64,000 nucleotides of DNA from a bacterium (lineage in GTDB: Bacteria > Bacteroidota > Ignavibacteria > Ignavibacteriales > Melioribacteraceae). A program made the position numbers and the translations under genes. Within the stretch, counting starts at the first letter, position 1. Each line of letters begins with the position of its first letter. Shown here piece by piece: positions 10,525 through 22,100 of this stretch. The notes under the pieces were generated by a model. The model was not told the origin of the DNA. It ran no database searches and saw only the letters and a program-made list of their open reading frames with translations. The DNA is taken from contig JAZDFC010000039.1 of the NCBI GenBank assembly GCA_043808235.1, positions 71,475-135,474 of the forward strand. The letters are read 5' to 3'.

Positions 10525-12084
10525 TTAATTTATTTTGACAACTGTCCTCACATGTTCGGGAATTTGTCCCGATTCAACCAGCCCTATAATCTTTTCAATA
10601 TCTTTATAAATTATCCTATCATCACCGAGCGGTTTAATATATTTTCTTATGAAACCATGTGCGGCGCTTGTCCCTTTACCGCATTTAAGCGGCTTCAAAA
10701 ATTCTATTCCCTGCGAAGCTGCGAGCAGCTCGATCGAGATTACTTTTTGAACATTCTTTAAAATTTGAAAACATTTCCTCGATGCAATTGATCCCATCGA
10801 ATTGTGATCTTCCTGATTAGCCGAAGTAGGAATGGAATCAACCGATGCGGGGTGAGATAAAACTTTATTCTCGGAGACCAGGCTGGCGGCTGTGTATTGG
10901 GCAATCATCAATCCGGAATTTAGTCCGCCTTCCTTTGTTAGAAATCGCGGCAGTTGACTTAACGAACCATTCACCAATCTTTCAACCCGTCGTTCAGAAA
11001 TATTCGCAAGCTCCGAAAGAGCAATTCCCATAAAATCCATAACAAGCGCGATTGGCTGCCCATGGAAATTTCCTCCTTCGAGATGATCTTCCTGTTCCGG
11101 GAAAATTAGAGGATTATCCGTAACCGAATTCAATTCAATCTCAACCCGCAAGCAAACATAATCAATCGTATCCCGTGAGGCACCGTGCACCTGTGGAATA
11201 CACCGCAGCGAATATGAATCCTGTACACGCGGATCGTCTTCCTTGTGAGATTTTCGAATTTCGCTTTCTTCCAATATCGAAAGCATATTCTTTGCAGTTG
11301 TTAATTGTCCGGGATAAGGACGAAGATTATGAAGCCGTAAATCGTAAGCTCTATCGGTAGCCCGCAAAGCCTCGTGGGATAATGCCGCGGCGATATCTGC
11401 CGTTGTAATTAGTTCTTTCGCTTTGATGCAGATGTACGATGCGAATGCAGTCATCATCTGAGTGCCGTTAATTAATGCAAGTCCTTCTTTTGCAGATAAT
11501 CTAACCGGGGCGAGACCAAACTTTTTCAACGCTGAAGATGAATTCATCCGGCTATATTTTTTTACATCATCAAAGATGTTTTTGCATATAGCAACTTCAC
11601 CCTTGCCAATCATAGCAAGTACAAGATGCGACAAAGGAGCGAGGTCGCCGCTCGATCCAACTGAACCTTGCGATGGAATTACCGGCAGAATATTATTGTT
11701 GATCATGCTGATCAGCAGTTGCAGTGTTTCCAAACGGATGCCGGAGTAGCCCCGTGCAAGTGCGTTCACCCTTAACAACATCATCAGTTTTACAATAAAC
11801 GGGGGAAGCGGATCGCCAACGCCGGCGGAATGACTCACAATCAAATTTTCCTGCAGTTGCTCAATATCATCATTCGAAATATGAACGTTTGCAAATTCAC
11901 CAAAGCCTGTTGTTACGCCGTAAATAACCTTATCGGATTTAATCCACTTTTCAATCAGCGCCCGCGATGATTTTATTCTTTTAACCGCATCGCTTGTTAA
12001 TGTAATCTCGGGAGGTTGCTCGAGGAAATATTTTATCGAATCGAGAGTTAAAGACTTTCCATCAAGCTGCAATTTATTTTTCAT
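10525..12084 (-). CDS. hutH: Histidine ammonia-lyase-like MIO-dependent lyase
   Basis: HAL/PAL family signatures (GSVGSSGDLAPLSHL, QDSYSLRCIPQVHGA). The MIO triad reads SSG instead of the canonical ASG. Confidence 0.8.
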   Translation of the reverse strand: MKNKLQLDGKSLTLDSIKYFLEQPPEITLTSDAVKRIKSSRALIEKWIKSDKVIYGVTTGFGEFANVHISNDDIEQLQENLIVSHSAGVGDPLPPFIVKLMMLLRVNALARGYSGIRLETLQLLISMINNNILPVIPSQGSVGSSGDLAPLSHLVLAMIGKGEVAICKNIFDDVKKYSRMNSSSALKKFGLAPVRLSAKEGLALINGTQMMTAFASYICIKAKELITTADIAAALSHEALRATDRAYDLRLHNLRPYPGQLTTAKNMLSILEESEIRKSHKEDDPRVQDSYSLRCIPQVHGASRDTIDYVCLRVEIELNSVTDNPLIFPEQEDHLEGGNFHGQPIALVMDFMGIALSELANISERRVERLVNGSLSQLPRFLTKEGGLNSGLMIAQYTAASLVSENKVLSHPASVDSIPTSANQEDHNSMGSIASRKCFQILKNVQKVISIELLAASQGIEFLKPLKCGKGTSAAHGFIRKYIKPLGDDRIIYKDIEKIIGLVESGQIPEHVRTVVKIN

Positions 12085-13339
12085 TAATCAATCTCAAAAT
12101 TTTGTTGGCGTTTTCGGGATTAGCCCGGAAAATTATCGTCACTTTTTCATCGCCGTAGGCGGTTTTAATCACTTCGGCATATTTGTGAATCAGCGATACC
12201 TTTTTTGATTCGTGAATATCGAGCGTTATTGTCCTCTGATTAAAATTATCTTCGTAAATTTTTACGAGGTATACCTTGAGAGCGCTGACATTGATTCCGC
12301 GCTCAGCTGATATTACGATACTTTTTTCATATTTATGAAGGACGTAATCTATTCGCGATTTCTCGATTAATGCATCTACCTTATTGAAAATATGGATAAC
12401 GATTTTCTTTTCATCATAAAGCTCTTTCAACGTATCATCCACAACTTTTATGTGATCTTCGAAATAATCATTCGTAATATCGATGACATGGAGAATAATA
12501 TCCGCTTCCCTTACAACGTTGAGAGTAGTTTTGAATGAAGCCACCAGATTGTGCGGAAGTTTGCGGATGAATCCAACGGTATCGCTGATTAGAATTTTTT
12601 TGTTCTTCTCAAGTTCTAATGCGCGCGTAGTTGAATCGAGGGTTGCGAATAATTTATCTTCTGCAAGAACGCCGGCGCCGGTAAGCAAATTCAATATTGT
12701 TGATTTGCCAGCGTTCGTGTATCCAACAAGCGAGGCTTTTAAAAACTCTTTTCGTTTTGCGCTTGTAGTAATATGTTCCGATTCAATTTTCTTCAAGCGT
12801 TCCTTCAGTTTCGAAATCCGTGTGCGGATAATTCTTCTGTCGGTTTCAATCTGTGTTTCGCCCGGACCTTTTGTTCCTATTCCACCATACTGCTTTGATA
12901 GGTGCGTCCATGCGCGGGTTAACCGCGTCATCATGTATTGAAGCTGTGCAAATTCTACCTGCGTTTTAGCTTCGTTAGTTCTTGCATGCGATGCAAAGAT
13001 GTCGAGTATCAGCGCACTGCGGTCTATAATTTTTTTGTTGATGAGGTTTTCGAGATTACGGACTTGTGTTGCGGTAAGGTCGTCGTCAAAAATAATCAGA
13101 TTTATTTCGTTCAATTCCACGAGGTTCGCAAGTTCTTCCGCTTTGCCTTTACCTATAAAATAAGCAGTATCATATCGCTGCCTGTCCTGGACAATTTTAA
13201 AAATTGTTTCAGCGCCTGCAGTTTTAACGAGCAACTCAAGCTCGTCGATGTGTTCCTGCAAAACTTCGCGCGTTGTCTCGCCGGTTCTAACAGCGACGAG
13301 TATTGCTCTTTCGGGTTTGTTGTCTTTTATGTCGTGCAT
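12074..13339 (-). CDS. hflX: GTPase HflX
   Basis: HflX N-domain followed by a G-domain (GYTNAGKST, DTVGF, NKVD). 11-nt overlap with the downstream hutH-like gene. Confidence 0.85.
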   Translation of the reverse strand: MHDIKDNKPERAILVAVRTGETTREVLQEHIDELELLVKTAGAETIFKIVQDRQRYDTAYFIGKGKAEELANLVELNEINLIIFDDDLTATQVRNLENLINKKIIDRSALILDIFASHARTNEAKTQVEFAQLQYMMTRLTRAWTHLSKQYGGIGTKGPGETQIETDRRIIRTRISKLKERLKKIESEHITTSAKRKEFLKASLVGYTNAGKSTILNLLTGAGVLAEDKLFATLDSTTRALELEKNKKILISDTVGFIRKLPHNLVASFKTTLNVVREADIILHVIDITNDYFEDHIKVVDDTLKELYDEKKIVIHIFNKVDALIEKSRIDYVLHKYEKSIVISAERGINVSALKVYLVKIYEDNFNQRTITLDIHESKKVSLIHKYAEVIKTAYGDEKVTIIFRANPENANKILRLINEK

Positions 13340-13456
13340 AATTTTAATTAATTGTCAGTAAAAGAGTTTTGTTGAATTGTGTAATTCACTTTAAATATTC
13401 CACAAGAATTATAACTTACTATTGGAGAAAGGTTATAAAAATAGTTCCTTGTTGTT

Positions 13457-13666
13457 TTACAATTCGGGTTGGCACCGTTCCTCCATGAAGTCTTCACTAA
13501 ATTTATCCAGGCTGTCAATAAGTGATTGCCATGTTGCTTTTTTTGAGGTCAAGACAATCGCATCCCTAACTTTTTTAATATACATTTCATCTCCTTCGAA
13601 TGCATAATACTTCGGAATCTGAACGAATTGATTCTCACCTATAGTAAATAATTTCGCCTTATCCAT
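13457..13666 (-). CDS. VapB/VagC-like (SpoVT/AbrB-fold) antitoxin-type protein with no adjacent toxin gene
   Basis: 69 aa; pattern ...IPK..AFEGDEMYIKKVRDAIVL...ATWQSLIDSLDKFSEDFMEER resembles VagC/VapB antitoxins. Only ~117 bp separate it from the hflX start, so there is no room for a PIN toxin. Confidence 0.55.
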   Translation of the reverse strand: MDKAKLFTIGENQFVQIPKYYAFEGDEMYIKKVRDAIVLTSKKATWQSLIDSLDKFSEDFMEERCQPEL

Positions 13667-13746
13667 GGATTGTATCCTTTAATCTATACCAAAAGTATAG
13701 ACTTGGAATTTCAATATCAAGAGACATTCGAGAAGAATCTTAAACG

Positions 13747-15852
13747 TTATACTTCCGCCATATCTTTCTTCGCGCTTTTGGAAATCAGCATTTCAATGAG
13801 AGCGAGCAATAACGCCATGCTCAAAAAGTATTTCCATAATTCAGAGCCAAACCGCGATTGATAAATAGATTTCAAATAATCTTCTTCCGGCGATAGATTT
13901 AAATATCTGCCGTTGAAATGAATATCGTCAAGATATTTTTCGAAATCAACGGTAGAAATATGTTCGATTTTCGATTCAAGCGGATCGGTATTTACGGGCG
14001 CGAAATCGATAAGAGAGTTTCCGGAATAAAATTTATACGTGCCGGTAACTTTTGTATCGGCAAAGTTCCAATAATTATTTGCATTGATGGAATCGAGATT
14101 AACAATTGTTTCGTTGTTCCCGGGTTGAAGCACTCTTATCTGTGGAGATTTTGCTTTGCCGAGATTGATTTGCAAACCTTCACCGGCAGTAAAACCTTTC
14201 ACTTCGTCAACAGTGTTTGTAAGATACAATATGGATTTAAGAATTAACGGGGGGAATATGCTTTTGATCGGCAAATTACTCCAGCTTAAAACCGGGGCGG
14301 TATTATAAAATAAAATTTTTCCGGTTCCGATTTTGCTTTCACTTAAGAAAGAGGAATTGTCAATAAGATTGATTATTTGCTTGCCCGAACCGGCGGTTTT
14401 AACTTTTAAAAACCGGTAAATATCGGGCGACTCAATACGCGGAGTTTTTTGTTTCTCAAACAGATTAATAAAAATAGGATGTTCGTAATCAATTTTTTCA
14501 AATGAAGCTGGAGATGAAATCGAATTCAGATTTCCTGCAATTAAAGTTGGGGCAGGGAGTCCAAACGAATTGCTGAATTTTTGTAAAGATTGAAGGGATG
14601 AGTTCTCTCCCGGTAGAAAAAGAATATTCCCGCTGTTAGTGCAATAGCTCTTTATCCGCTCGTAATTGGAAATATTATCGTTGCCGACAATCATCACGGC
14701 ATTGTAATTGTCGAAGTTGAGCGAGTTAACTTGATTCGTGTTTTTCTCGGTGAGCTCGATGTTACCACTCGACAATCCCTTCACCGCTAATTTAACAAAT
14801 CGCGTGTCATTGCTGTTATCCGAAAGTAAAAGCAAATTAATTTTTTCGGGTACATCGAGGCTAAGGTATCGTGTGTTATCGGAAGCAATATCATCTTCCT
14901 CCAGTTCAACAAAAATATCAAGCAAGCCCGCTTCCTTCAAAGTGGTTTCGAAAGTAAGTTGTTTTGTTCCGCCCGGCGTAATATCGAAACTCTGCTGGGC
15001 GCTACGTTTCCCGTTTATAAAAAGCGAAGCAACGGTATTGCTGAAGGCGCTTGCCGAATAATTAGAAATAGTTGCTGTAAAGCCTACTTGCTTTTCCTTT
15101 TCGAAAATCTGGTTGTTTGGAACTAAAGAAGTAACCGAAAGATTGGCCGGATCCTTTGCATAAAAATCGAATGTATAAAGACGGACATTCTCGCCAAACA
15201 AAGGTTCTAGATTTGAAAGGATTTCCTTGCTTGAATATAATCCATCTTTTTGAAAATCCCATAGAATATAAATTTCCTTGTTGAAGTTGTCCGACTCCGC
15301 TAAGATTTGGCCGGCCGATACTATCGCGTTATGGATTGATCCACGAACTGCGGAAATTCCAGTCGATTCCAAAAATTCATTGATGAGTGATGGATTCGAA
15401 AATGTTTTTATTTTACTTTCCGCAGTAACTTCCGATGGGAAGATAATTGTTATATCATCGCCATCCTGAAATTGGCTAATCAAAGACTTTGCTATTTGCT
15501 TACCCTGGTTAAGATACGAGCCTTTTTCGGTAACCACGGACATGCTGATTGAATTGTCTATTACAAAAACGGCAGTTGTCTTTGCCGCAGATGAAGTTCC
15601 ACCAATCGAAACGCTTTCAATTGTGGGTCTGGCAAAAGCCGCAACAAGCAGAAGAATTATTAGCACACGTAAAACAAGCAGTATCCATTGCTTTAGTTTT
15701 ATTTTTCTAATTTTTGTTTTCTGAAGCTCTTTTAAAAAAGCTAATGTACTAAACTCAATTTTCTTGAGTTTGCGGAGGTTGAAGAGATGTATAAGTATCG
15801 GTATTGATGCAGCGAGCATACCGAACAAAACCGATGGATTAAGAAAAATCAT
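13747..15852 (-). CDS. BatA-like protein: N-terminal double-TM anchor plus VWA domain
   Basis: N-terminus MIFLNPSVLFGMLAASIPILIHLFN... (TIGR02226-type double-TM anchor), VWA-like AVFVIDNSISM, C-terminal TM. Confidence 0.6.
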   Translation of the reverse strand: MIFLNPSVLFGMLAASIPILIHLFNLRKLKKIEFSTLAFLKELQKTKIRKIKLKQWILLVLRVLIILLLVAAFARPTIESVSIGGTSSAAKTTAVFVIDNSISMSVVTEKGSYLNQGKQIAKSLISQFQDGDDITIIFPSEVTAESKIKTFSNPSLINEFLESTGISAVRGSIHNAIVSAGQILAESDNFNKEIYILWDFQKDGLYSSKEILSNLEPLFGENVRLYTFDFYAKDPANLSVTSLVPNNQIFEKEKQVGFTATISNYSASAFSNTVASLFINGKRSAQQSFDITPGGTKQLTFETTLKEAGLLDIFVELEEDDIASDNTRYLSLDVPEKINLLLLSDNSNDTRFVKLAVKGLSSGNIELTEKNTNQVNSLNFDNYNAVMIVGNDNISNYERIKSYCTNSGNILFLPGENSSLQSLQKFSNSFGLPAPTLIAGNLNSISSPASFEKIDYEHPIFINLFEKQKTPRIESPDIYRFLKVKTAGSGKQIINLIDNSSFLSESKIGTGKILFYNTAPVLSWSNLPIKSIFPPLILKSILYLTNTVDEVKGFTAGEGLQINLGKAKSPQIRVLQPGNNETIVNLDSINANNYWNFADTKVTGTYKFYSGNSLIDFAPVNTDPLESKIEHISTVDFEKYLDDIHFNGRYLNLSPEEDYLKSIYQSRFGSELWKYFLSMALLLALIEMLISKSAKKDMAEV

Positions 15853-15957
15853 ATTTGTTCACACTCGTTAAAAATCTTTTCAATAATTGGTAAATCAATT
15901 GGGCAGCATTTGTTTCCATCCCAATCCGGTTTAAAACTACATGTGAATGAAAAGTCA

Positions 15958-17301
15958 TTATGAGTACTCTTTCTTGATATTAGCCCCTTTAAAATAATGG
16001 AGCAAAATTTCGTCGAACATATAACCTTTCGATGCCATTATGGCGGCGCCGATCTGACAAAGCCCGACCCCGTGTCCCCAACCCGCGCCGTAAATTGTAA
16101 AGGATGACGGGATTTTTTTCCCTTCGACATTTTTTTCAATCACAATCGCCGAGCTGTAAAGATGGGATCTTGATAGTACTCTTCTAATCTCCAATTCTTT
16201 GCCGATAATCTTTTTCTCTTTTGAACCGATGATTTTTAGTTTAACCAATCTACCGGAGTGGCCTCTTTCAACAGGAATGAGATCGATGATTTCGCCAAAA
16301 TCGATACCGGACTTTTCTAAAATTATTGCCGAGAGTTCTTGCTGGGTATAAATTACCCTCCATCTAAAAAAATCGATTGTCTCAAAATCAAATCCCACAA
16401 GAGAGGTCGATAGAATTTTTTTATTTGCAGTGTTGCAAAAGGCAGAAGGATTTCCTAATATCCATTTAACAGCATTGCGTTCGTTAGTCAGGTCGGTATT
16501 AAAACCCTCCTGCTCAAATTTATAATCAAAAATCTTCCGGAGATATTTTTTAGGAACAGGCTCCCAAACATTTTCAAAATTTTCTGTTATACCGCCGCAG
16601 CATTTCGAATATCGGGTATCGCAGATTTTATCTTCGTATTGCAGAATCAGTCCTCGTGTTTGTTCAATCGCTTTGTATGCGTTATCATTAATTACTTTGT
16701 TAATGCCGTGATATCGCTGGCAATGGTCGTCGGCGCATACATGGAAATCTGCATGCTCTTCGCTCCCGTACCATTTGATAATTTCATCCGGCTGATTTTC
16801 TTTTGGTTCACGCTCACTTGCTGTCGCGCTATTTTGCCCGGAGGACTCAACAATATTTAAAAGCCAGCTGCGTGAAATTATTGCGTGTGTTTTTAACAAT
16901 TCAAACGGGCCGGACGGATTCATCTCGGAAGAAATAACGCTCGCGAGATAATCCTCGGCTGGAATAATATTAATCGCAATAATTTTTTCGCCGGACATTT
17001 TTAATTTGAGCGCACCGTGGAAACGCTGATTTTCTTTTTTTTCCCAATGAAATTTTATTCCAATCGGAACATCCTTCAGCATGAATGAATCGGAATCGAA
17101 ATCGACGGGATCAAAAACTATTTCTTTGGTTGTTTGAAAATTATTTATTCCACCACGAACATTAATTTTGCCGGATGCAATTTTTGCATTAAACTCACCT
17201 GATATTGTTTTGCCAAAATCGGCACACCGGTATTCTCCAAAAAATATAATCGAGATTTCTTCTTCGGTCATTATTCCAATATTTACTAACGGTTCCTGCA
17301 T
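15958..17301 (-). CDS. SpoIID/LytB domain protein
   Basis: C-terminal SpoIID-type signature region (...GAGWGHGVGLCQIGAAIMASKGY...). Confidence 0.65.
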   Translation of the reverse strand: MQEPLVNIGIMTEEEISIIFFGEYRCADFGKTISGEFNAKIASGKINVRGGINNFQTTKEIVFDPVDFDSDSFMLKDVPIGIKFHWEKKENQRFHGALKLKMSGEKIIAINIIPAEDYLASVISSEMNPSGPFELLKTHAIISRSWLLNIVESSGQNSATASEREPKENQPDEIIKWYGSEEHADFHVCADDHCQRYHGINKVINDNAYKAIEQTRGLILQYEDKICDTRYSKCCGGITENFENVWEPVPKKYLRKIFDYKFEQEGFNTDLTNERNAVKWILGNPSAFCNTANKKILSTSLVGFDFETIDFFRWRVIYTQQELSAIILEKSGIDFGEIIDLIPVERGHSGRLVKLKIIGSKEKKIIGKELEIRRVLSRSHLYSSAIVIEKNVEGKKIPSSFTIYGAGWGHGVGLCQIGAAIMASKGYMFDEILLHYFKGANIKKEYS

Positions 17302-17513
17302 AAAGCCATAATTTTTTCGGATTCAAATATAACAATACGCTTGCTATTTATTTAGGATAGGATTTTTAGATAATTTGCCGGCATAACGGCTTAGGGTTAC
17401 TATCGGAGGCGAAATAAATTGAGATTTTTCGACTCTCTTTAAAACAATAGTTGGTCAATTTTTTTATATTAAATTCCAATTAATTCCTTATTTCTAATTA
17501 CGTTGATGAGTAA

Positions 17514-19028
17514 ATGCGTATTACTTTTATAGATCCTACCGAAAGTATTGTAAATTACGGTTTGCGGGCGATGGTTAATCATCTGCTGAACTACAACCAT
17601 GATGTTAAAATGATATTTCTAAATCAGCCGGTCATCCGGTACGATTACGATTATCCGGAAAGTATCTATTCCGATTTACTTCCTCTTGTTAAAGATTCGG
17701 ACATTGTGGGATTTTCTTTTGTCTCCAACTATTACGGACAGGCGAAAAAAATTACCCGGTTCATTAAAGACAATATAAATATTCCGATAATTTGGGGCGG
17801 CATTCATGCAATGGCAGCGCCGGACCAATGTCTTCAGGATGCCGACATGATTGGATTGGGAGAAGGTGAAACTCCTCTGCTCGAATTGATGGATAAAATG
17901 CAATCTGGGTACATAGATTATAGTACGAAAGGAATTTGGTTCAAGCGGAACGGAGCAATAATCAAAAATGAAATTGCCCGAATAAATCCCGATATTGATT
18001 CTTACTCGCTCCCGTTGTACGATAATGATCGTGAATATATCAGGCGGGAAAACAGAATAGTGAAAATGACAAATGATATCAGGAAAGATATAATTTGTGT
18101 GCCGACTAATTATTATAAAATCGAAAGCGCCGAGACATATACTTACCTAACGCTTTCCGCACGGGGCTGTCCTTCTTCGTGCACTTATTGCTGTAATAAT
18201 CTTTTCAGATCGCTTTACGGAGATAAAAAAAGTCTGCTTCGCCGTCGCAGCAATAATAATCTTATTGGCGAACTAATCTCGGCAAGAGAAAAAATGCCAT
18301 TCATTAATTTGGTTGAAATATTTGACGATGATTTTATTTGTACGAAGGTTGAAACGATTGCAGAATTTTCCGGGATGTATAAGAAACATATAAATCTTCC
18401 GTTCCGATGCAACTTCCGTCCTGAAAGCGTATCGGAGGAAAAAATGAATTTACTGGCAGACGCCGGATTGATTTCGGTTGAGATGGGATTGCAAAGCGCA
18501 AGTGCAAATACGAACAAAATTTATAAACGACACTTCAGCAGAAATATTTTTTTAAAGGCAGTACAGGTTATTAATAAACACGATAGTATTTTGCCGCATT
18601 ACGATATTATTGTCGATAATCCTCTCGAATCGCATTCGGATATCCAACAAACACTGCGGTTTCTTGCAGAACTTCCGACTCCGTTCCGGATACCTGCGTA
18701 TTCGCTTACTTTTTTCCCCGGAACACATCTTTATGAATATGCAAAAGAACATAATTTAATCCGGAGCGAGGAGAAGGATATTTACAGTAAAAAAGATTTT
18801 GTGGTTTATGAATACAAGCAGCCATATATAAAATTTTTGCTTTTTTATATTCGGTCAATTGGATGCAGGCAGCCATTGAAAAAGAAAATCTTCAGTTTAC
18901 TAACCAGCAAATTTGCGTTAGATGTTTTCGACAGTTTTATTTTTACGCCATTTTGGATTGCAGTTATGTTCGGCAAACGGTTGTTCTCGAAAGCCAAAAA
19001 TAAAAATGTCGCGCTGATACCGGGCTAA
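17514..19028 (+). CDS. B12-binding domain radical SAM protein
   Basis: N-terminal cobalamin-binding-like Rossmann region; CxxxCxxC cluster (CPSSCTYC) in an rSAM core. Confidence 0.75.
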   Translation: MRITFIDPTESIVNYGLRAMVNHLLNYNHDVKMIFLNQPVIRYDYDYPESIYSDLLPLVKDSDIVGFSFVSNYYGQAKKITRFIKDNINIPIIWGGIHAMAAPDQCLQDADMIGLGEGETPLLELMDKMQSGYIDYSTKGIWFKRNGAIIKNEIARINPDIDSYSLPLYDNDREYIRRENRIVKMTNDIRKDIICVPTNYYKIESAETYTYLTLSARGCPSSCTYCCNNLFRSLYGDKKSLLRRRSNNNLIGELISAREKMPFINLVEIFDDDFICTKVETIAEFSGMYKKHINLPFRCNFRPESVSEEKMNLLADAGLISVEMGLQSASANTNKIYKRHFSRNIFLKAVQVINKHDSILPHYDIIVDNPLESHSDIQQTLRFLAELPTPFRIPAYSLTFFPGTHLYEYAKEHNLIRSEEKDIYSKKDFVVYEYKQPYIKFLLFYIRSIGCRQPLKKKIFSLLTSKFALDVFDSFIFTPFWIAVMFGKRLFSKAKNKNVALIPG

Positions 19029-19155
19029 AAATTCTGTTTGCCAGATAAGCCGATTAACAAAACGGAATCCCAAAAGAAATTTGTGGAGTGATGGACTTTT
19101 TAAAAATCTTTATTAAAACCGTAAAAGACATATTGCCCTGTTATGTTTCTTCTTC

Positions 19156-22100
19156 TTGGATTTAAATAATTGCAGTATTTTAGCGGGCATGTTAAACATA
19201 CACTTAACCAAGATGAAGAAAGTCAAACTCAACTCGATTTTTATACTTTTCATTTTATCATTGTCATCAATCGCAAGCTATGGTCAAACCGGGCTGCCCT
19301 TAACTCTGTCGGAAATAATGTTCAACTCTCCGGCGTCAAGCAGTAATTCCGAGTTCGTTGAGATTTACAACACCTCAACTACTGAGACGATTGATTTAGC
19401 GGGATACAAAATTAAATATTCTACAAATACACCCGAGGTGATCACCAATGCCGGATTCGGAACATCGCTTGCCCCCGGAAAATTCGCCGTTGTATTTGAA
19501 AACGATTATGACTTAGCTGCCGGTGTTTATGCAGGAACAATACCTGCGGATGCGCTGATATTAAAAATTACCGACAATGCTTTTGGCAGTTCGGGAATGG
19601 CAAATACTACCGATCGAAACGTTCAGTTGCTGAACACCACTGATCAATTATTGGATGAGTACACATACACAACATCCGGAAACGGGGCGGGCGTTTCGGA
19701 TGAGAAAATTTTATTAAACAAAGATAACTCTGTAACAAATTGGGCAAACACAACAGTTACAAACGGAACACCGGGTGCGAATAATTCCGAATCGCCAAAG
19801 ATTTACGATCTTAGTGTAAGCACAATTACTCATTCACCCTTAACTCCTTTTGCCGGGGATGACGTTGATGTCACTGCTAAAATCAAAAATGTTGGAACCG
19901 CCGCCGCCGCAAATTATACGGTTAATTTTTATAATGATCAGAATGACGATGGTGCCGGTCAAGCGGGAGAGTTGTTTGATACACAATCGCTTACGAATTT
20001 GGCTGCGTCGGATTCAGCTTCGTTAACGGCTACATTAGCCAATGTGGCAAATGGTATTTACAAGATAATTATTACAGTCGACTTTGCCCTCGACGAAAAT
20101 CTTACGAATAATAAAGGCACGCATAATTTTGCTGTAGCGCCGGCGCCTAATCAGCCAAACGATATTATAATTAACGAAATGATGCACACGCCCGGAGGCG
20201 ACGAACCGGAATGGATTGAATTATACAATAGAACAAATGCACCGATCAATTTGAAAAATTGGAAGATTACAGACAATACCACCACAACAACAATTTCAAC
20301 GGTTCCGCTGTGGATACCCGCAAACGATTTTATTGTACTCAGCGATAATGCGACAATTACAAATTATTATACAATCCCGGTTCAGGTAGTTGTAGTTAAT
20401 CTTCCATCGTTGAATAATGCCGGCGATAATATCACGCTGAAAGACTCTTTAGATCAGTCGATTGAAAATGTTACTTATCTTTCGTCATGGGGCGGCAGCA
20501 ACGGAAATTCACTTGAGAGAAAATTAGTAGATGGATTAAGCAACGATCCCGCCAACTGGGGAACATGCACAGCGCCTGAAGGCGGAACGCCCGGACTCGA
20601 AAATTCAATTGTGCCGAAAGATTACGATCTCGCCATAACATCGTTGACCATTAATCCTACCAATCCCGCTGCCGGAAGTGATGTTGTATTAACAACAAAA
20701 GTAAAAAATATAGGTCAGCTTGACGCTGGAAATTATTCTGTTGAAATTTTTAACGATGCCAATGGCGATAACATCGGTCAGCCTGGCGAAAGAATCGACA
20801 TCCAAAATTTTACTTCGCTCGCGGTGAATGATTCTAATTTGGTTGCGACAAATATTAATGATGTAACGACGGGGACGTACTCAATCATTTCTCAGGTCAA
20901 CTTTGCCCAGGATGAAGATTTATCAAACAATATTTCTTTCATTGATTTTTATGTGTCTCCTCCACCTAATCAATACAACGATATAGTAATCAACGAAATA
21001 ATGTACGGACCCGCCGGCGATGAGCCGGAGTGGATTGAATTATACAACAGAACAGGCTCGCCAATCAATCTAAAAAACTGGAAAGTTACTGACGGTACAA
21101 CAACAACTACAATCTCAAGCGCGGTATTGTGGATACCGGCAAATGATTTTATTGTGCTAAGCGAAGACGCATCAATAAGTAATTTTTATACTATACCGGT
21201 GCAGGTAATATCTATCAATCTTCCGTCGTTAAATAACACGGGGGATAATCTTTCTTTAAAAGATTCACTTGACCAGGTGATTGATAATGTGAACTATTTA
21301 TCGGCATGGGGCGGAAGCGGCGGAAATTCGCTTGAGAGAATTTCTGTTGATGATGCAAGTAACGATCCGGGAAATTGGGGAACGTCAATCGCGCTCGAAA
21401 GCGCAACTCCCGGACTTGAAAATTCATTAGTGCCGAATGATTATGATTTAGCAATTTCACGAATGTCTATTAATCCGGCAATTCCATTAAACGGAAGTGA
21501 TGTTGCCTTATCAACCGTTATTAAAAATCTTGGCGAACTTGCAGCGGGAAATTATTCCGTTGAAATATTCAACGATACAAACGACGATAACGTTGGGCAG
21601 TTATCCGAAAGAATAGATGTACAAAATTTCTCTTCCCTTGCTGTAGCGGACTCGAATGTTGTTACGACGATTATTCAAGATGTTGTTACCGGAACATACT
21701 CGATCATCGCGGTAATCAATTATGCACAAGATGAGTATTTGGCAAACAACACAGCATTCTTTGATTTTAATGTTCCACCGAATCCAAATCAATATAATGA
21801 TATTGTAATCAATGAAATAATGTATGGACCAACCGGCGACGAACCCGAATGGATTGAGTTATATAATCGAACAGCCGCGCCAATAAATCTGAAAGGCTGG
21901 GAGATAACCGACGGAACAACTACGACAACAATCTCAAGCGCTCCATTGTGGATACCGGCAAACGATTTTATTGTACTAAGCGATGATGCATCCATCAGTA
22001 ATTTTTATACGATACCGGTGCAGGTAGTGGCGATCAATCTTCCCTCACTTAATAACACTAATGACAATATTTCATTAAAAGATTCATTGGATCAGGTGAT

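Noticed and set aside
13422-13607. 61-aa plus-strand ORF
   Set aside because: It is antisense to the better-supported VapB-like ORF and has no recognisable features.
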